NCBI RefSeq assembly: GCF_036365525.1
Contig: NC_090388.1
Location: 62,769,726-62,833,725, forward strand
Origin: Heterodontus francisci
Taxonomy: Eukaryota
Reading direction: 5' to 3'
DNA: 64,000 bases
Shown here piece after piece: positions 9,563 to 21,894 of the stretch. Under the pieces are notes generated by a model, which saw nothing but the letters and a program-made list of their open reading frames with translations, did no database searches and was not told where the DNA came from. Position 1 is the first letter of the stretch, and every line of letters begins with the position of its first letter. Made by a program: the position numbers and the translations under genes.

Positions 9563-11197
9563 CTCAGGAAGCTTGACACCATCCAGGACAAAGCAGCCCT
9601 CTTGATTGGCACTCCTCCACCACCTTCAACATTGACTCCCACGACTGGGACACAGAGGCTGCAGTGTGTACCATCCACAAGATGAACTGCTGCAACTTGT
9701 AAACTCCTTCAACAGCACCTTCCAAACCCATGACCTCTTCCACCTAGAAGAACAAGGGCAGCAGGCACATGGGAATGTCACCACCTGCAAGTTCCCATCC
9801 AAGCCACACACCATCCTAACTTGGAAATATATCGCTATTCCTTCCCTGTTGCTGGGTTAAAATCCTGGAACTCCCTCCCTAACAGCCCTGCAGGTGTACC
9901 TACACCCCACAGACTTCAGCAGTTCAAGGCTCAGCCACCACCTTCTCAAGGGTAATTCGTGCTAGCGATGCTCATATCCCATGAACAGACAAAAAAATTC
10001 AGCTAGCTTGGTCCCAGGTGGACAAACAGTAGAAACTAACTTGTGCTCCAGGAAGCTGTGTGACTTCAGCTCCCGTTATAGACATCACAAACCAACTGAT
10101 GCTTATTCTGTCCGGTTAGAGTGCATCTCTAGGGGAGAAAATGGGCACTTTGTTTTGGGCAGCCAAAATTCTACCAGTTTAGATAGCTCAGCATCTTGGT
10201 TTGGGGTCTTTTACAGACGGTGATGGGTTTCCATGCACATGAGATACCTGATTAACCAAAAAGGTGAAATTAAAAAAAATGTTTTGTTACACACTTTGTG
10301 AGTGTTATCAATATAAGCTCAATGATGCATAAGTACATAAGAACATAAGTACATAAGCCCCTCTAGCCTGCTCCCCCAGTCAATAAGATCATGGCTGATC
10401 TGATCTTAGTCTCAACTCCACTTTGCTGCCTGTTCCCCATAACCCTCGACTCTCCTATAGTTTAAGAATCTGTCTATCTCAGCCTTCAATATATTCACTG
10501 ACCCAAACTCCACAGCTGTTTTGGGTAGGGAATTCCAAAGAGTCATGATGCTCTGAGAGAAGAAATTCCTCCTCATCTCTGTCTTAAATGGGAGACCACT
10601 TATTCTGAAAATATGCCCCCTAGTTCTGGATTCCCCCACGAGTGGAAACATCCTCTCAGCATCTATCCTGTCAGCCCCCTCAGAATGTTATATGTTTCAA
10701 TAAGATCATCTTACATTCTTCTAAACTCCAATGAGTATAGGCCCAACTTGCTCAACCTTTCCTCATAAGACAACCCCTTCATTCTAGGAATCCACCTAGT
10801 GAACCTTCTCTGAACTGTGCTGATGCAAGTACATCCCTTCTTAGATAAGGAGACCAAAACTGTACACAGTACTCCAGGTGTGGTCTCACCAACATCCTGT
10901 ACAGTGGAGCAAGACTTCCCCACTTTTATACTCCATTCCCCTTGCAATAAAGGCTAACATTCCATTTGCCTTCCTAATTACTTGCTGTACCTGCATGCTA
11001 ACATTTTATGTTTCATGTACGAGGACACCCAGATCTCTCCGTACTGCAGCATTCTGTAGTATCACTCCACTTATCTAATATTCTGCTTTTCTATTCTTCC
11101 TACCAAAAGTAAATAACCTCACATTTTCCCACATTATAATCCATGTGCCAAATTATTGCCCACACACTTAACCTATCTATATCCCTTTGCAGACTCT

Positions 11198-11852
11198 GGC
11201 CAGATTTTACTAGTACTTTGGAGATGGGCTGGGAGGCAGGAAGCATGGTAAAATGGTGATGGAAGGCATCAGGAAGGAACATAATATCCAGGGGATATTA
11301 CAAAAGGCAGGAATGATAGTGGCTTGGCTACTCACCAATCAGAGGCGGGCAGTCTTTTAATCGGATTGTTGACGGCCATTTTACAACTCCACCAGGATTT
11401 TTGGAGCCTCAGAATGCCCCCATGCCACGTGGTAAGTCCGCTAGATGCAATGAGGTGGCCTCCGAGGGTGGGACCCTTCTTTTCTGGGGTCTCCATGGCC
11501 AGAGCAGGAGCCCCAGGTGGCAATGGCCACCCCTGTGGCACCAGCACCACTTCTGAAGTGTTCACCCCTCCGATTGCCAGAGCCTGCCTGCCTGGCCCCG
11601 GCACATCCATCAATCTCTTACCAGTCCTACTTCTTGCAGCCTCTGCAGCGGCCACCTCCTGCAGTGGGGCTGCCGAGACTGCATAGCTACCAACACTCTG
11701 ACTGGGCCAGCAGCTCAGAGAGGCAGGCCGCCGCCCATAATGGGCCGCTGCCGGTAAAACTGTCCTTGCATCCCCTGTCTGCCTGCATGGGCTTGACGAG
11801 CCCCTTTTGGTCCCAACATAATGTCCCACAGCATGCCAGTAAGATTTCGGCC
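11198..11852. mobile_element. Non-autonomous PIF/Harbinger-like MITE inserted in the CR1 RT
   Basis: Imperfect TIRs GGCCAGATTTTACT and AGTAAGATTTCGGCC. Removing it restores CR1 GCAGACTCT/TTGTTGCCTCCTCAC. GC-rich interior. Confidence 0.75.
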
Positions 11853-12785
11853 TTTGTTGCCTCCTCACAACTTGCTTTTCCACCTATCTTTGTATCATCA
11901 GCAAATTTGGCTACAATACACTTGGTCCCTTCATCCAAGTCATTAATATACATTGTAAATAGGTGAGGCCCCAGCAATGATCCCTGCAGCAGGCCACGAG
12001 CTACAGTTTGCCAATCTGTAAATGACCCATTTATCACCTGACTCTTTTTTCTGTGAATTAGACAATCCTCTATCCATGCTAACATATTACCCCAACACCA
12101 TGAGCTCTTATCTTGTGTAGTAACCTTTTTTGTGCCACCTTATTGAATGCCTTTTGGAAATCCAAATACACTATATTTACAGGTTCCCCTTCATCCACCC
12201 TGCTTGTTACATTCTCAATGAACTCTAATAAATTTGTCAAACACGATTTCCCTTTCATAAAACCATGTTGACTCTGCTTGATTGTGTTATGATTTTCAAA
12301 ATGTTCAGCTACTACTTCCTTAATAACGGATTCCAGCATTTTCCTAATGACAGATGTTAGGCTAACTGGTCTATAGCTTACTACTTTCTATCTCCCTCCT
12401 TTCTCGAATAGAGGTGTTAGATTTGCGGTTTTCCAATCCACTGGGACCTTCCCTGAATCTAGGGATTTTAGGAAGATTACAATCAATGCATCCACTAATT
12501 CTGTAGCCACTACTTTTAAGACCCTAGGATGTAGTCCATCAGGTTCACGGGACTACCCAATCTTCGGCCCCATTAGTTTTCCTCGTACTTTTTCTCTAGT
12601 GATAATGATTGTTTTAAGTTCCCCCTTCCCTGCAGCCCCTTGATTTTCTATTATTCTTAGGATATTTTTTGTGTCTTCTTCAGTGAAGTCAGATACAAAA
12701 TACTTGTTCAAAGTCTCTGTCATTTCCTTGTTTCCCAGTATTAATTCCCCAGTCTCATCCTTTAAGGGACAAACGTTTGCTTTAG

Positions 12786-15572
12786 AACATAAGAACATAA
12801 GAACTAGGAGCAGGAGTAGGCAATTCAGCCCCTCGAGCTTGCTCCGCCATTCAATACATTCATGGCTGATTTCATCTCGGCCTCAACTCCACTTTCCTGC
12901 CTGTTCTCCATAACCCTTCAACCCATTACTAATTAAAAATCTGTCTATCTCCTCCTTAAATTTACTCAATGTCCCGGCATCCACCATACTCTGGGGTGGT
13001 GAATTCCACAGACTCACGACCCTTTGAGAGAAGTAATTTCTCCTCATCTCTGTTTTAAATCTACTACCCCTTATCCTAAAACTGTGACCTCTCATTATAG
13101 ATTGCCCCACCAGAGGAAACATCCTCTCTACCTCTACTTTGTCAAACCCCTTAATCATCTTATATACCTCAATTAGATCTTCTCTCATTCTTCTAAACTC
13201 TGGAGAGCAAAGGCCTAAACTGCTCAATCTCTCTTCATAAGACAAACCCCTCATCTCTGGAATCAATCCAGTGAACCTCCTCTGAACTGCCTCCATTGCA
13301 ACTACATCCCTTCTCAAGGAAGGGGATCAAAACTGTACGCAATACTCCAGGTGCGGTCTCACTAATGCCTTGTACAGTTGCAGCAACACTCCCCTACTTT
13401 TATACTCTATTCCTTTAGCAATAAATGCCAAAATTCATTTGTCTTCATTATTATCTGCTGCACCAGCATACTAGTTTTCTGTGATTCATGCCCGAGGACA
13501 CCCAGATCTCTCTGCACTGAAACACTCTGAAGTTTCTCTCCATTTAGGTAATAATTTGCCTTTCTATTCTCCTGACCAAAATGGATAACCTCACACTTAT
13601 CCACGTTAAACTCCATCTGCCAAATTTTGGCCCATTCACCTAACCTATCCATATCCATTTGTAAATTTCTTATTTCTTTATTGCAATTTACTATCCCACA
13701 TATTTTAGTGTCATCTGCAAATTTGGCTATAGTACCTTCTATCCCTGCATGCAAGTCATTAATATAGATCGTAAATAGTTGGGGCCAGAGGACCGAACCC
13801 TGTGGCACCCCACTAGTTACATCTTGCCAACCAGAAAAAGACCCATTTATCCCGACTCTCTGTTTTCTGTACGTTAGCCAATCCTCTATCCAAGCTAATA
13901 AATTGCCCCTAACCCCATGTGATCTTACCTTGTCTTTTAACCTTTTGTGTGGCACCTTATCAAATGCCTTCTGGAAGTCCAGATGTACTACATCTACAGG
14001 ATCCCCATTATCAACTTTGCTTGTTACATCTTCGAAGAACTCTAGCAAATGCGATTTACCCTTCATAAAACCATGCTGACTCTGATGGATTGCGTTTTGG
14101 CTTTCTAAATGTCCTGTTATTACTTCCTTAATCATGGATTCTAACAATTTCCCAATGACAGATGTTAAACTAACTGGTCTATAGTTTCCTACTTTCTGCC
14201 TCCCTCCCTTTTTAAATAAGGGTGTTATATTAGCATTTTTCCAATCCACTGGAACCTTCCCCGCATCCAGGGAATTTTGGAATATTATAACCAATGGATC
14301 CACTATCTCTGCTGCCACTTCCTTCAAGACCTTAGGCCATCAGGTCCTGGGGACTTGTCTGCCTTCTATCCCAATAGATTGCTCAGTACTTTTTCCCTTG
14401 TGATGTTGATTGTTCTAAGTTCCTCCCTTTCTATAACCTCTGCATTACCTGTTACTATTGGGATGGTACTAGTGTCCTCCACCATGAAAACTGAGGCAAA
14501 ATACTGATTTAGTGTCTCTGCCATTTCTGTGTTCCCCACTATTAACTCCCCAGTCACATCCTCCAAGGGACCAACATTCACTTTAGCTACTCTCTTCCCT
14601 TTTATATACTTATAGAAGCTTTTGCTATCCATTTTGATATTTTGCGCTAGTTTTCTTTCATAATTTACCTTTGCTCTTTTTATTACTTTTTTAGTAACCC
14701 TTTATTAATCTTTAAAAGTTACCCAATCTTCCAGCCTGCCACTGGTCTATGCAATATGGTATGCCTTAGTTTTTGTCTTTATGTTATCCTTAACTTCCTT
14801 GCTTAGCCATGGATGTTTTTCCCCCTCTTACAATCTTTCTTTTTGGAATATATTTTAGTTTGGAGGAATTGAATATCTCGTTAAATATCTGCTACTGCTC
14901 AGCAACTGTCTTACATTTTAGTCTTCATGCCCAGTCCACTAGGGCCAAATCTGTCCTCATGCCTATGTAATTACCTTTGTTTAACTCCAGAACGCTAGTG
15001 TGGGACTCCAGTTTCTCGCCCTCAAACTGAATTTGAAATTCTAGCATGCTATGATCACTCTTCCCTAGAGGATCCTTAACTATGAGATCATTAATTAATC
15101 CCACCTCATTACATAATACCAAATCAAGAATAGCCTGCTCCCTGGTCGGTTCCACAACATATTGCTCCAAAAGACAATCTCTAATACATTCAATGAACTC
15201 TCCCTTGAGGCTACCCTTGCCAATTTGATTAATCCAGTCTATATGCATATTAAAATCACCCATGATTATTGCTGTACCTTTCTTACAAGCCCCCAGTATT
15301 TCCTGGTTTGTACTATGCCCCACTGCGGAACTACTGTTTGGGGACCCATCGATTACTTCTAACAGGGACTTCTTTCCCTTGCTATTTCTTATTTCTACCC
15401 AGACTGATTATACGTCTTGATCTCCAGCGCCTATATCATTTCTCACTACAGCACTGATCTCTTCCTTTACTAACAAAGCTATACCACCTCCTTTTCCTTC
15501 TTGCCTATCCTTCCAAAATACTGAGTACCCTTGGATATTCAATTCCCCAACCTGGTTTCCCTGCAATCACGT
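12786..15572 (-). mobile_element. CR1 LINE (EN-RT, 5'-truncated) nested in another CR1
   Basis: ORFs 12883..13317, 13407..14327 and 14925..15323. (AGAACATA)n tail. TSD CTTTAG at 12780-12785 and 15573-15578. Confidence 0.93.
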
Positions 15573-16530
15573 CTTTAGCTACTCTCTTCCTTTTTATATA
15601 CTTGTAGACGTTCTTGCTCTCTGTTTTATATTTCTTTCTAGTTTACTCTCATAATCCACTTTCTGCCTCTTTATTTTTTAATCACCCTTTGTTGATTTCT
15701 AAAATTTTCCCAATTTTGACCTACCACTAATCTTCGCAAAATTATATGCCCTTTCTTTCAATTTGATAGCATCATTAACTTCCTTAATTAGCCATGGATG
15801 GTTTATCCTTCTCGTAGAGTTGTTCTTTCTCAGTGGAATATATCTTTGTTGAGAATTATAAAATTAAGGATTATCTCCTTAAATGTCTGCCACTGCATAA
15901 GTACTGTCTTACCTTTTAACCTATTTTCCCAATCCATTTTAGCCAACTCTGTCTTCAGACCTTTGTAATTACCTTTAGTTAAGTTTAAGGCACTAGCTTC
16001 AGACTCACATTTCTCACTCTGAAACGGAATGTTATGATCACTCTTCCCTAGAGGATCATTTACAATGAGATCACTAATTAATCCTGCCTCTTTACACATT
16101 ACTAGATCTAAAATAGCTTTTGCTCTGGTTGGTTTCACAATGTATTTTCTAAGAAATTCTCCTGACTGCACTCTATGAACTCAATCTCCAGGCTACCTTT
16201 GTCCAATCTATATGAAGATCAAAGTCACCTACAATTATTGCAATACCTTTCTTACAAGTCCGCATTATTTCTTGATTTGTACTCTGTCCTACAGTGTAGA
16301 TACTGTTGTTAGCGGGCCTATAGACTACTCCTACCAGTGACTTATTTCTTTTATTTCTTATCTCCACTCTAACTGATTCTATATCTTGGTATTCTGAGCC
16401 AAGATCATTTCTCACTACTGTACTGATCTTATCCTTTATTAACAGAGCTACCCACCTCCTTTTCTTTTCTTTCTATCCTTCAGAATATCTCTGAATATTC
16501 AGTTCCCAGTCTTGGTCATCTTGCAACCAT

Positions 16531-16751
16531 GAATTTTACGAGCGCACTGCCGATCATGGTGGCGCGCTTTGAAGTTGGTGGTCTGCCCGTGTGGACTGCC
16601 AATTGCTGAGCCCACACTATATTACGCACGGGGGCTCATTTAAATGGAGGGGGCGTAAAGGCCTCCCCCGTTGATGTAGAGGAGGCGGCTGCTCCGTCCC
16701 CGGCACTAGTGCCCAGCGTCACTGCCATTCTGAAAGGGATTCAAGCCCTTA
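16531..16751. mobile_element. Terminal fragment of a Harbinger-like MITE
   Basis: Begins GAATTTTACG, resembling the other TIR termini in the window. GC-rich and non-coding, between CR1 and Gypsy. Confidence 0.45.
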
Positions 16752-18619
16752 GAAAAAAAAGAGCCTTCCAGAAGGAACGTGAAGAAAATGAAAGGCAGGA
16801 GAGAGAGAGAGAGAGAAAGGCAGGAGGAGGAACGAGAGAGAGAGGAGAGAGAGAAAGAATATTCCAGAAAGAATGCAAAGAAAGAAAATTGAGGTGGCTT
16901 GAGTTAACTAGGGGACGACAGAGTAACCCCAGTGAAAGCATGGCCGATATGGAGGAGCATAATTCAGGGCTGGGTATAAAATTGTTAAAACACGCTCAAA
17001 TAATTCCAAAATTCACTGAGGAAGATGTGGAAGCGTTTTTTTGTGTCTTTTGAGAAAATGGCAAAGCAGCTAAAATGGCCAGCTGAGACCTGGTCTCTTT
17101 TAATACAAAGCAAGCTAATGGAAAAGTCCATGAGGTTTATTCCCTGTTGCCTGATGAGAGTTCATCAAATTATGAACTGACCAAAAATGCTATCCTCAGG
17201 GCATATGAATTAGTACCCGAAGCCTATCACCAAAAGTTTAGAACCCTCAAAAAGCAAGTTAATCAAACTTATCTGGAGTTTGAAAGAAGTAAGCATCTGG
17301 CTTTTGACCAGTGGCTTAGGGGTCTTAAAATACAGCTCAGCTATGAGAATCTGAGGGAAGTAGTTCTGTTAGAGGAATTTAAACACTCTCTCCCACTCTC
17401 AATAAAGACCCATGTGGAGGAGCAACAGGTTCAGAGAGCCTGGAAAGCGGCCGTTTTGGCCGATGAGTTTGCTTTAATTTATAAGTCAGCTTCCCAGGGG
17501 AGAATCTTTCCTAATCACCCCCTCAAATCTGAAAAGGACAAAGGGTGGGAAGGTGATCTCCGCCCAGGCAGTCCTGGGAGAGAAAGGAAAACAGTAGACA
17601 CAGGGGACCCTCCTCCAGCCACAAAGGAAGGTGCTGTAAGAGTGAGACCCAGAGACCTATGTGCTTCCATTGTAATAAAGCAGGGCATTTAAAAGCTGAC
17701 TGCTGGAAACTAAAGGGAAAACTGGTCGGGCTAATCAGGGCACACCTGCTCAGTGAAGACAGGGACCTGATGCAAAGCACAGAAGAACAATCTGTGGCTT
17801 TAACTGCAGTAAGAGTGCAACCCAAGAAGCCTACTATGGCCAGTGCAGGAAAAGCTAATAGGATTCCTGAAGGCTCTCAGGGCTTTGTGTTTGAAGGGAA
17901 AGTAACCCCATACCCCTTGAGTGGGCCAGACCTTTCCCCCAGAGAGTGCAGCGAACACCAAAATTGCGGTGAATGGACCTGGAAGGCAGTGTACACCTGG
18001 AGTGCGACATGGTTTTGAGACCAGTGACCGTAGGGATTGTCCCTAGTTTGCCTGTCGATGGGGTTGACCTGCTCCTAGGTAATGATCTGGTGGGGGAAAA
18101 GGTGGTAGCCCCCCAAGTGGTGAAAGAAAGACGGCAGGAGGTCAGAGAGACAGGGCAGTGGCAGAGATGGTTCCCTGCAGTTTCCCTGAATGTGTAGTGG
18201 ATCAAACCAACTCCCCCAACGGAGACTGCATTAGCACTGCAGGCAAATGACCATGAAGTCCGAGACTTTCTTTGGAAAGTTAGAAGATCAAGGGAATGAA
18301 TTAAATGGATTTTGCCTAGCTGAGGCTCAGCCGACCCAGTATTGTGAGAGTTAGCACAGGCTGCCCAGTCTGAAAGTGAAGCAGAGAGAGTCTCTGATTG
18401 CTACTATTTAAAGAATGAGGTACTGATGAGAAATGGAGTTCTCTCACAGATCTGAGAGCAAGGAGTGGATAGTAGTTCACCAGTTAGTGGTGCCACAGAG
18501 GTACCGGGCAGAAATATTAAGAAGGGCCCACACGACTACAGTGGCTGTACATGCCAGTATATAAAAGACCAAAGCCCGCATAAGACAGCAGTTTGGCTGG
18601 CCAAAACTCCACAAAGATG

Positions 18620-18983
18620 TTTTAGTTTTAGTTTTAGTTTTAGAGATACAGCACTGAAACAGGCCCTTCGGCCCACAGAGTCTGTGCCGACCATCAACCA
18701 CCCATTTATACTAATCCTACACTAACCCCATATTCCTATCACATCCCCACCTGTCCCTATATATTTCCCTACCACCTACCTATACTAGGGGCAATTTATA
18801 ATGGCCAATTAACCTATCAACCTGCAAGTCTTTGGCATGTGGGAGGAAACCGGAGCACCCGGAGGAAACCCACGCAGACACAGGGAGAACTTGCAAACTC
18901 CACACAGGCAGTACCCAGAATCGAACCCGGGTCCCTGGAGCTGTGAGGCTGCAGTGCTAACCACTGCGCCACTGTGCCGCCCC
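18620..18983 (-). mobile_element. tRNA-derived V-SINE (HE1-like) inserted in the Gypsy integrase region
   Basis: The minus strand has box A TGGCGCAGTGG, box B GGTTCGATTC and the V-domain GGGTTTCCTCCGGGTGCTCCGGTTTCCTCCCACA. CR1-like 3' tail with (CTAAAA)n. Confidence 0.92.
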
Positions 18984-19912
18984 TAGTGATGGAGTACTGC
19001 AGGAGTTTCCTGTGCCAGGTTGAGGGAAAACCCCAAGCTACAGTGAAACCTGCACCCCTAATTCCTGTACTGATGTTAGGAAGACCCTCCAGTCAATGGC
19101 TGCTGAACTGTAAGGGACCCCCGCCAAGAACAAATGGGGACAGGCAGGCACACAGCTGGAAAACGTTAAGAAAGAGAAGGGGAAAAAGCGACCAAGAGGG
19201 CATGTTAAAGGAAGTCTGGGAGGAATCCCAGATGAAAACCCCTACTGTCCGGTCAGCCAACCCCGAAAAATTTGAAAAGTTAGACCCCACATCCTCCTAC
19301 GTAAATGCAGACTCTAGAAGCACCCTACGAGAGTTGCTAACAGCATTTACAGGAACCTGCAGAGACAAACAGAGACCTCTAGGGGGGCACAGAAACAGTG
19401 AGGGTGATGCCTCACCTAGTTGACATGCCACAGGAGAGTGCAGTCAAGTCTGCACAAATACCTACAAGTAGGAATGTCCCAAAGAACAAACGGGAGATTA
19501 ACAAAGAATCCTCCCCCACAGTCAGAGAAAAAGGAATCCTCCCCTGAAGTCACAAGCCTTTGCATGATTCAGCAAAGCACTGAAAGCAAGTCCAGGATAG
19601 ACCTGCCCACTACTAACTCTCCTGAAAAAAAATTTCCTCAGCAGGAACCAAGACCCCAGGTAGTCATAGCAATGGGCAAACTGAAGAAAAACTTCCCCAA
19701 AGAACCACATGGTTACTGGGATGCCAAAAAGGGGAAAATAAAGTAGCAATGGCACACATAAAAGACAATTTTAAGAAGCTTTAAGATTTATGAATGAATG
19801 GAAATGAATGAGAGAAATGCATGGTTTTTCTTTCTGGATCATAATTTCTCTCAAACCTTTTAATGAAATGTGCCTTTTTTCAAATCATATTTCATTCCCC
19901 TGGCTGTGGAGG

Positions 19913-20866
19913 TGTAATGCATGCCCCCACCTGCCAAGAATGAGGAATATTTATTTTGTCACATGAACATTAATTTTAAACTGTTACTGGAGTGAAAAAA
20001 GAACTGGTTAAAAAAACCCCACAATGGATCCTTGGCTGGAGAGATATTTTTGCATATTAACAGACAGTACTTGGAAAGGACAAAGGGGCTACTACCTGCT
20101 CCAATTTAATCCACAATGGACTTTTGATTACCAGACATTGAGGGTGGAGGAGCTCACATTCCAGGTTAACTGCTAAGATGGCCGAATTCACAAATGGACA
20201 TTGTCACACCAGCTAGTCACATGACTAACTTGCTGGGCCCCCTGAATTTTTTTTTAGATTTGAATTTGCCACAGAGTTTTTTTGAACCGGCAGAAAGCTG
20301 TTTACTCCTGGACTGAAAAGACCTCTCGTGGCTGGCTCGCAGCAGCCTCTCCTGTCTGCTTCCATCTCTTTCTCACAGAACTGAAACTCACTGAAGATAC
20401 ACGAACCCCAAGAGAGAAAAGTCTCCTTCCAGTGAACAAGGTTTAAGAAGAATACTGGACTCCAATGAAAATTAAGATCAACCTACAAAAGGACCCTACA
20501 GTGAGCTCGAAGCACGGTAACAAAAAAAACCCTCCTCAGAGATTGCTTCAAACTGTTCTACTTTATCTTTTCTCCCGCTCTTTTCTGTCTCTATTTGCAT
20601 GTGTGTATCACGTGGGGCACGACGTGTATCGTAGGCGTTAACCGAATTAGTGTTTGTAGTTTAAGTTTAATAAATTTCATTTTTCTTCTTTAAACCTAAG
20701 AAAGCCTGTATGTGCTCATTTCTTTGCCTTATAATTGGAAAGTGGTGAACAAGGATTCACCAAGGGGGAACTCAAACACGATGTGTTTAAAATTAAACCC
20801 TGTTACAGTAAGACCAGGTGAAGACTGAAAGGGAACCCTTAACCACCTTTCTCATCTGGTCGTAAC
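19913..20866 (+). repeat. 3' LTR of the Gmr1-like element
   Basis: Starts TGTAATG after GTGGAGG and ends GTCGTAAC. AATAAA near 20670. CR1 ORF1 sequence resumes at 20867. Confidence 0.7.
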
Positions 20867-21890
20867 TTGTGATGCAGGTAGTAATCCAGAGATTGTTACC
20901 TTAGTGGTTCCGCTTTTTAATTTAGCCCCTTGCTGCTCTTACTCCCTCAGCAGAACCTCTTTCTTAGTCCTACCTATGTCATTGGTACCTATGTGCACCA
21001 TGGAGTCTGGATTTTTCCCCTCCCACTCCAAGTTCCTCTCCAGCTCCGAGAAGATGTCCTTAACCCTGGTGCCGGGCAGGCACACAACCTTCAGGACTCA
21101 AGGTTTTCGCTGCACTGAACAGTTTCTATATCCCCAACCTATACTGTCCCCTACTACTACAACATTTTTTCTAACTCCCCCAACTTGAATGACCCCCTGT
21201 GCCATGGTGTTGTGATCAATTTTCTTATGCTTCCTACAGTCCCTGCTCTCGCTCACACGTGCTGCAAGAACCTTGTGCAAGAACCTCGCATCTGTTGAAC
21301 AAGTACAAGGGCTCAGGCTCCTCCAATGCTACCTTCTGGATCCCCATATCTGCCTCGCTCATAATCACACCTTCCTGTTCCTGACCACAGACCAAATCTG
21401 AAGTACTTCACCCAAGTGATGTGATTACCTCCTGGAACAAAGTGTCCAGGTAACTTTCTCCCTCCTTGATGTATCAAAGTGCTTAAAGATTGGACTCCAG
21501 CTGAACTCAGTCAAATTTCCTCAAGCTGCAGACACTTACTGTAATTGTGGCTGTTGTGGATCACACTTGCTACAGTTGCAACGTATCATCTGCTCTGCAA
21601 TCTCTATTGTATTTTATTGAACTAATTATGTTTGCAAGTTTTGAAATATCACGCAATTGTCTTTTTATAAAATTTAATCTAGGTACTAACCTTGTTTAAC
21701 TTATTCAATTTAGTTACATGCTTTAGGTCTTTACTGTAACTTAGCCCAAAGTCCTAAATTAACCCTATTTTTTAAATATATATCAAGCAGCATCTCTTAC
21801 TCCAACCTCACTAAATCCCCACACTCGCCAAATTCCCTTGCACTCTTGGTGAAATCTGCACTCAGGTGAAGTTGCTCTCGGCACTCCACT
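20867..21890 (-). mobile_element. CR1 ORF1 (SGNH esterase-like) and 5' UTR, probably the 5' part of the CR1 at 10330-16530
   Basis: The minus strand gives KNVVVVGDSI, LPGTRVKDI, VHIGTNDIG and ISGLLP. Same orientation as the ORF2 block. Confidence 0.8.
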
Positions 21891-21894
21891 TTTA

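Larger units (their letters stand above)
5808..9997 (+). mobile_element. Older copy of a CR1/L2-group LINE (RT to 3' end), in two pieces (5808-6375 and 9563-9997) split by a near-full-length copy of the same family
   Basis: ORF 5838..6071 (GVPQDS, FADD). The sequence breaks at CACTTGCCTGGCTGA and resumes at ACTCAGGAAGCTTGACACC, colinear with 9070-9125 apart from a small deletion. Confidence 0.85.
10330..16530 (-). mobile_element. CR1 LINE ORF2 and 3' UTR (host copy), interrupted by a MITE and a second CR1
   Basis: ACATAAG-type tail at about 10330. Minus-strand RT and EN ORFs 10412..10651, 11687..12085, 12079..12339 and 15830..16415. Confidence 0.9.
16752..20866 (+). mobile_element. Gmr1-like Gypsy LTR retrotransposon, internally deleted (SCAN-like gag, zinc knuckle, partial protease, integrase N-terminus, 3' LTR)
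   Basis: IPKFTEEDVEAFF; AILRAYELVPEAYHQKFR...LLEEFK (17147..17692); CFHCNKAGHLKADC; VDLLLGNDL. An integrase zinc-finger region follows the protease directly, which is the Gmr1 domain order. Confidence 0.88.

Noticed and set aside
11324-11966. Overlapping 120-183 aa ORFs suggesting a gene
   Set aside because: They arise from the GC-rich MITE interior and antisense CR1, with no recognisable domain.
17147-17692. Host SCAN-domain (ZSCAN-like) gene
   Set aside because: It is embedded in gag, knuckle, protease, integrase and LTR context with frameshifts, so it is a retrotransposon gag.
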